From a virus (taxonomy: Duplodnaviria > Caudoviricetes): 61,365 bases of DNA. The stretch is from positions 1 through 61,365 of IMG/VR virus record IMGVR_UViG_3300032218_000733; one strand, written 5' to 3'. Numbering within the stretch: position 1 is the stretch's first letter; the number at the start of each line of letters is the position of its first letter. This document shows positions 58,113 through 61,365 of this stretch, in pieces. Below the pieces are notes generated by a model, which had not been told where the DNA came from, did not search any database, and saw nothing but the letters and a program-made list of their open reading frames with translations. A program made the position numbers and the translations under genes.

Positions 58113-58870
58113 TAGTATGCTCCCATTATATTTGCTATTTCTATATTGTTAACATTTGTAATTGTAGCATATGTTGATGCTGCAGTCGCTGATGCTAAAT
58201 ATGAAGATAAATCTATTGTAGCCCAAGATGAGATTGTGCCATTTGTTGTTAAATACTTGCCGCTATTCCCAGTTTGGGAAGGAACGGCAATTAAAATTGC
58301 TGAGTTAATTTCTGCTTGAGTATATGTATTTACTGAGTTTAAATTAGTTACTGTTACTACTTCTATAATATCGTTTACCGCCGCCCCAGATGCTAGGGTA
58401 ATTGTATTTGAATTAGAAGTTGTATAGTCGGTGGTACGAAGTAAAAGCATTCCATTAAAAAATACCTGCTCATATCCATCTATAAATGAGACGGTAGTAG
58501 TAAATACTGTTTGAGATGCAGTAGCAGTAAATGATTGTCTGCGAATAATATTTGTATCAAATGATGCATCTACTGATGATGAGTCTACCCAAATTTGTCC
58601 AGTTACTGGAGAACTTGGGGCTGAAGAAGAATAACTAGATCCCTTTACATCAAGAGTTGTTAATGTTGAGGGGGAATAAGTAGTACCTGCAGAAGAATAT
58701 AATATTTGCCCAGTTGTAGGAGAAGTTGTTGTTCCAGTTCCACCATATGCTGTAGTAATATAAGCAGTAGAATCAATTAATTTATTTGAGTCCGAAATAA
58801 GTGGGCCTGCCCCACCAGTTAATCCACTTAGAACAAGTTTATTTTTGACTTTAAAATCTTTATCTGACAA
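58112..58870 (-). CDS. Fibre anchor/shaft protein (DKDFKVK N-terminus)
   Basis: N-terminus shared with 51004..53307; AP....GQIWVD, FTATASQTVF...VFFNGMLL, PSQTGNSGKYLTTNG. Confidence 0.7.
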   Translation of the reverse strand: MSDKDFKVKNKLVLSGLTGGAGPLISDSNKLIDSTAYITTAYGGTGTTTSPTTGQILYSSAGTTYSPSTLTTLDVKGSSYSSSAPSSPVTGQIWVDSSSVDASFDTNIIRRQSFTATASQTVFTTTVSFIDGYEQVFFNGMLLLRTTDYTTSNSNTITLASGAAVNDIIEVVTVTNLNSVNTYTQAEINSAILIAVPSQTGNSGKYLTTNGTISSWATIDLSSYLASATAASTYATITNVNNIEIANIMGAY

Positions 58871-58931
58871 TTTGGTTCACTATCCCCTTATTGATATATG
58901 TATATTTTAGCATTGTTTAAATACAAATGCA

Positions 58932-60344
58932 TTAGAATGTTATAGTTCCATTTGCTGTCCAAGTATAATATCTATACCCGCCAGTTGTTATAACTGTTGG
59001 TGTAGCTCCTGTTGTTGAAACAGCTGCAGGATAAGTGCTTGAATAACGAATTATTACTATGCCTGAACCACCTGTACCGCTATTGCCTGAAGTATTACCA
59101 GCACCACCTCCGCCAGTATTTGCTGTTCCTGCGCCAGCATTGGCCGAACCACCGCCGCCAGCACCGCCTGCACCTCCACCAGCATTTCCAGCACCACCAC
59201 CGCCGCCAGCGTAATAACCGCTTGCACCTGTTGAAGTTGCTGTTGCCCATGTTGAATAAGTGTTAGAACCATCACCGCCATTTGCGCCAGTATTAGGCCC
59301 ATCAGATGCAGTACCACCTACGCCGCCAGCGCCACCACCACCACCGCCGCCAGCATTACCGCCGTTAGAATTTCCACCTGCAAAACCTTGTCCTGATGTT
59401 CCAGCGCCACCTGATGTACTTCCTGAACTAAACGAACCGCCGCCGCCTGAACCACCCGAGCCAGGAGAACCATTACCGCTACCTGCGCCGCCAGCGCCAC
59501 CACCAGTTGCAGTATTAGAACTAAATACGCTATTACTTCCAGGATTTCCTCTGAAATAAGCAGTAGTTCTAGAAGCGCCGCCCGCACCAACAGTTACGGT
59601 GTAAGCAACACCTGCTGTAATTGCAGTTGATGATGTGTATAACAAACCACCTGCACCACCACCGCCTGAACTGTTATATGTTCCACCACTTGCTCCACCC
59701 GCAACAACAACACTTTCAACTGTTGGAGTTACAAAAGTAAATGTTAATGATCCAGATGCGCTAGATGCGCTAGATGTACCATTAGCATTTGTAGCAGTAA
59801 CTGTATATGTATATGTACCGCCAACTGTTTCTGTAACAGAAATTGGACTGGAAGCGCCAGTATTACTAGCTCCGCTAGTAGATGTTACTGTGTATCCAGT
59901 AATTGCTGAACCGCCTGTTGCATTTGTAGTAAATGTAACTGATGCAGCAGATCCTGATTTTGTAGCAGTTCCAATTGTTGGTGCCTGCGGTACAGTTGTT
60001 GCTGTAATTGAACTTGATGCAGTACCTGCAGAAGATGTTCCTGATGCATTAGTTGCAGTACCTGCAAAAGTATAAGATGTATTTGATTGCAATCCAGTTA
60101 TTGTAAGTGGAGAGGATGCTCCTGTTGCTGTATAAGAACCTGGAGTAGAAGTAATTGTATATCCTGTTACTGTTCCGCCGCCTGTTGCGGCGGCAGTAAA
60201 GTTAATTGTTGCAGATCCATTATTAAATGCCCTACTTGTTCCTACATTTGAGGCGGAAGTAATAGTAGGTCCATCTGGTACATCACTAATAGGGGTAGCA
60301 TTATTTAATACCCCTAATTGGCTAATGTACTTATTATTGGCCAT
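58932..60344 (-). CDS. Two-FN3 + glycine-rich-domain fibre/adhesin
   Basis: FN3 repeats very similar to those of 51004..53307; VVVAGG...GGSGIVIIRY. Confidence 0.78.
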   Translation of the reverse strand: MANNKYISQLGVLNNATPISDVPDGPTITSASNVGTSRAFNNGSATINFTAAATGGGTVTGYTITSTPGSYTATGASSPLTITGLQSNTSYTFAGTATNASGTSSAGTASSSITATTVPQAPTIGTATKSGSAASVTFTTNATGGSAITGYTVTSTSGASNTGASSPISVTETVGGTYTYTVTATNANGTSSASSASGSLTFTFVTPTVESVVVAGGASGGTYNSSGGGGAGGLLYTSSTAITAGVAYTVTVGAGGASRTTAYFRGNPGSNSVFSSNTATGGGAGGAGSGNGSPGSGGSGGGGSFSSGSTSGGAGTSGQGFAGGNSNGGNAGGGGGGGAGGVGGTASDGPNTGANGGDGSNTYSTWATATSTGASGYYAGGGGGAGNAGGGAGGAGGGGSANAGAGTANTGGGGAGNTSGNSGTGGSGIVIIRYSSTYPAAVSTTGATPTVITTGGYRYYTWTANGTITF

Positions 60345-60345
60345 T

Positions 60346-60579
60346 TTACTTAGTAATAGCTAATATTTCTTCTTCAGTTAAACCAAGTGCTAGTAATTTA
60401 GCTTTTGCTGCTTCTTTTGCAGCCGCCGCAGATTCTTCTGCAGCAATTCTTGCTGCTTTTTCTTCTGCAAATATTACTGCATCTGCAGCACGTTGTGCAA
60501 TTTCTTCAGATGTTAATGGAATTTCAGCTGTTACTCCAGTTGAACAATCATGAACTATTTTAGTTAGTACTTCTGACAT
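60346..60579 (-). CDS. Small helical partner of Gly-rich fibre
   Basis: DCSTG....PLT.EEIA...AKAKL.ALGLTEEEI. Confidence 0.7.
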   Translation of the reverse strand: MSEVLTKIVHDCSTGVTAEIPLTSEEIAQRAADAVIFAEEKAARIAAEESAAAAKEAAKAKLLALGLTEEEILAITK

Positions 60580-60625
60580 TTTATTTCTCCTTTGTTTGTA
60601 TTATTATTTAAATTTATATAATAAC

Positions 60626-61365
60626 TCATACTGCATACCTCACAATTACGATACCTGAACCACCTGTGGAGCCTGCATAAGTTGCACCTGATAGATTGGT
60701 ACCGCCGCCACCATTACCTGTGTTAGCAGCACCCGCTCTAATTGTTCCATCTGTTCCACCTACACCACCTGCAGCATAGGTTACTGAACTTCCGCTAATT
60801 GAGTTTGCCGTTCCAACACCAGCAGTAGTTGTAGTTGTAGTTCCTCCAGAACCGCCACCACCGCCGCCAGAGTTTTTAGAAGCTCCATTTGCTGGACCAC
60901 CTGCGTACCCTTGAACAGGAGAAGTTACAGGGCTTGCCGCACCGCCTTGACCGTTTCCATTAGCACTACCGCCAGCACCTCCACCAGAACCTCCAGCAAG
61001 ACCATTATAGGAAGCACCACCGTCATTTCCCAAACTACCGCCACCGCCACCTGATGACAGCATGGTATTAAAAGAAGAGTCACTACCGTTAGTTCCACTA
61101 TAACTAGCAACGCCATTTGTTCCACCAGCGCCTATTACCACTGAATAATTAGAAGACGTTAATGCAACCGCAGAGGCTGTGCGATATCCGCCAGCACCTC
61201 CACCGCCACCAGTCATTGTTCCACCACCATTTAAGCGATTTCCACCACCTCCACCACCTGCAACTACAAGGTAATCACAAGTAATTGCTTTCTGTGGAGT
61301 AAATGTTCCTGATGAAACGAAGGTGTGGTACCAGTAAGTACCATCAGTCATAATGGTATCGCCAC
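60626..61365 (-). CDS. Glycine-rich-domain adhesin (3' part; starts outside the window)
   Basis: Frame open to the window edge; YWYHTF..SGTF, CDYLVVAGGGGGG...GGSGIVIVRY. Confidence 0.78.
   Translation of the reverse strand, partial: GDTIMTDGTYWYHTFVSSGTFTPQKAITCDYLVVAGGGGGGNRLNGGGTMTGGGGGAGGYRTASAVALTSSNYSVVIGAGGTNGVASYSGTNGSDSSFNTMLSSGGGGGSLGNDGGASYNGLAGGSGGGAGGSANGNGQGGAASPVTSPVQGYAGGPANGASKNSGGGGGGSGGTTTTTTAGVGTANSISGSSVTYAAGGVGGTDGTIRAGAANTGNGGGGTNLSGATYAGSTGGSGIVIVRYAV

Noticed and set aside
29963-60075. Long plus-strand ORFs (e.g. 32885..33718, 40600..41199, 52547..53029, 59635..60075)
   Set aside because: They lie antisense within confident genes, have no recognisable motifs, and are explained by the codon bias of the real strand.
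45685-61365. Diversity-generating retroelement acting on the paralogous adhesin C-termini
   Set aside because: No reverse transcriptase in the window, and no near-identical pair differing only at adenines was seen; similarity is at protein-motif level.
1-61365. Prophage/integration module
   Set aside because: No integrase, repressor switch or host flanking genes recognised in this window; lifestyle cannot be settled from a partial genome.

Overview
A 61 kb segment of a lytic-looking tailed dsDNA phage with siphovirus-type structural genes. It is AT-rich and every supportable gene is on the minus strand. In transcription order (right to left) it carries: a ~16 kb island of glycine-rich, FN3-like and collagen-like fibre/adhesin genes with small partner proteins and two putative glycan-modifying enzymes; a LamG protein; the head module (portal, prohead protease/scaffold, major capsid); neck and tail genes (major tail, tail assembly chaperone with a -1 frameshift, 2103-aa tape measure, a baseplate hub split over two genes, tail fibre with an S74 chaperone); a replication/recombination module (phosphoesterase, DnaB, primase, gp32-like SSB, DnaE, MazG, RecA, two resolvases, SSB, Cas4-like nuclease); a sugar/nucleotide-modification cassette; terminase; an atypical tRNA-Arg(UCU); Dps; and the start of a CHAP endolysin. 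Gene content and order, with terminase far from portal, resemble large actinobacteriophages and their low-GC freshwater relatives, and many leaderless promoters fit an actinobacterial host (inference; no database search was possible). The most unusual items are a tRNA whose D-loop motif sits on the wrong side of the anticodon arm, a T4-gene-32-like pseudoknot before the gp32-like SSB, a tape measure protein punctuated by GG motifs around a cargo domain, and the modular adhesin/glycosylation island. Product calls come from motif recognition by eye.
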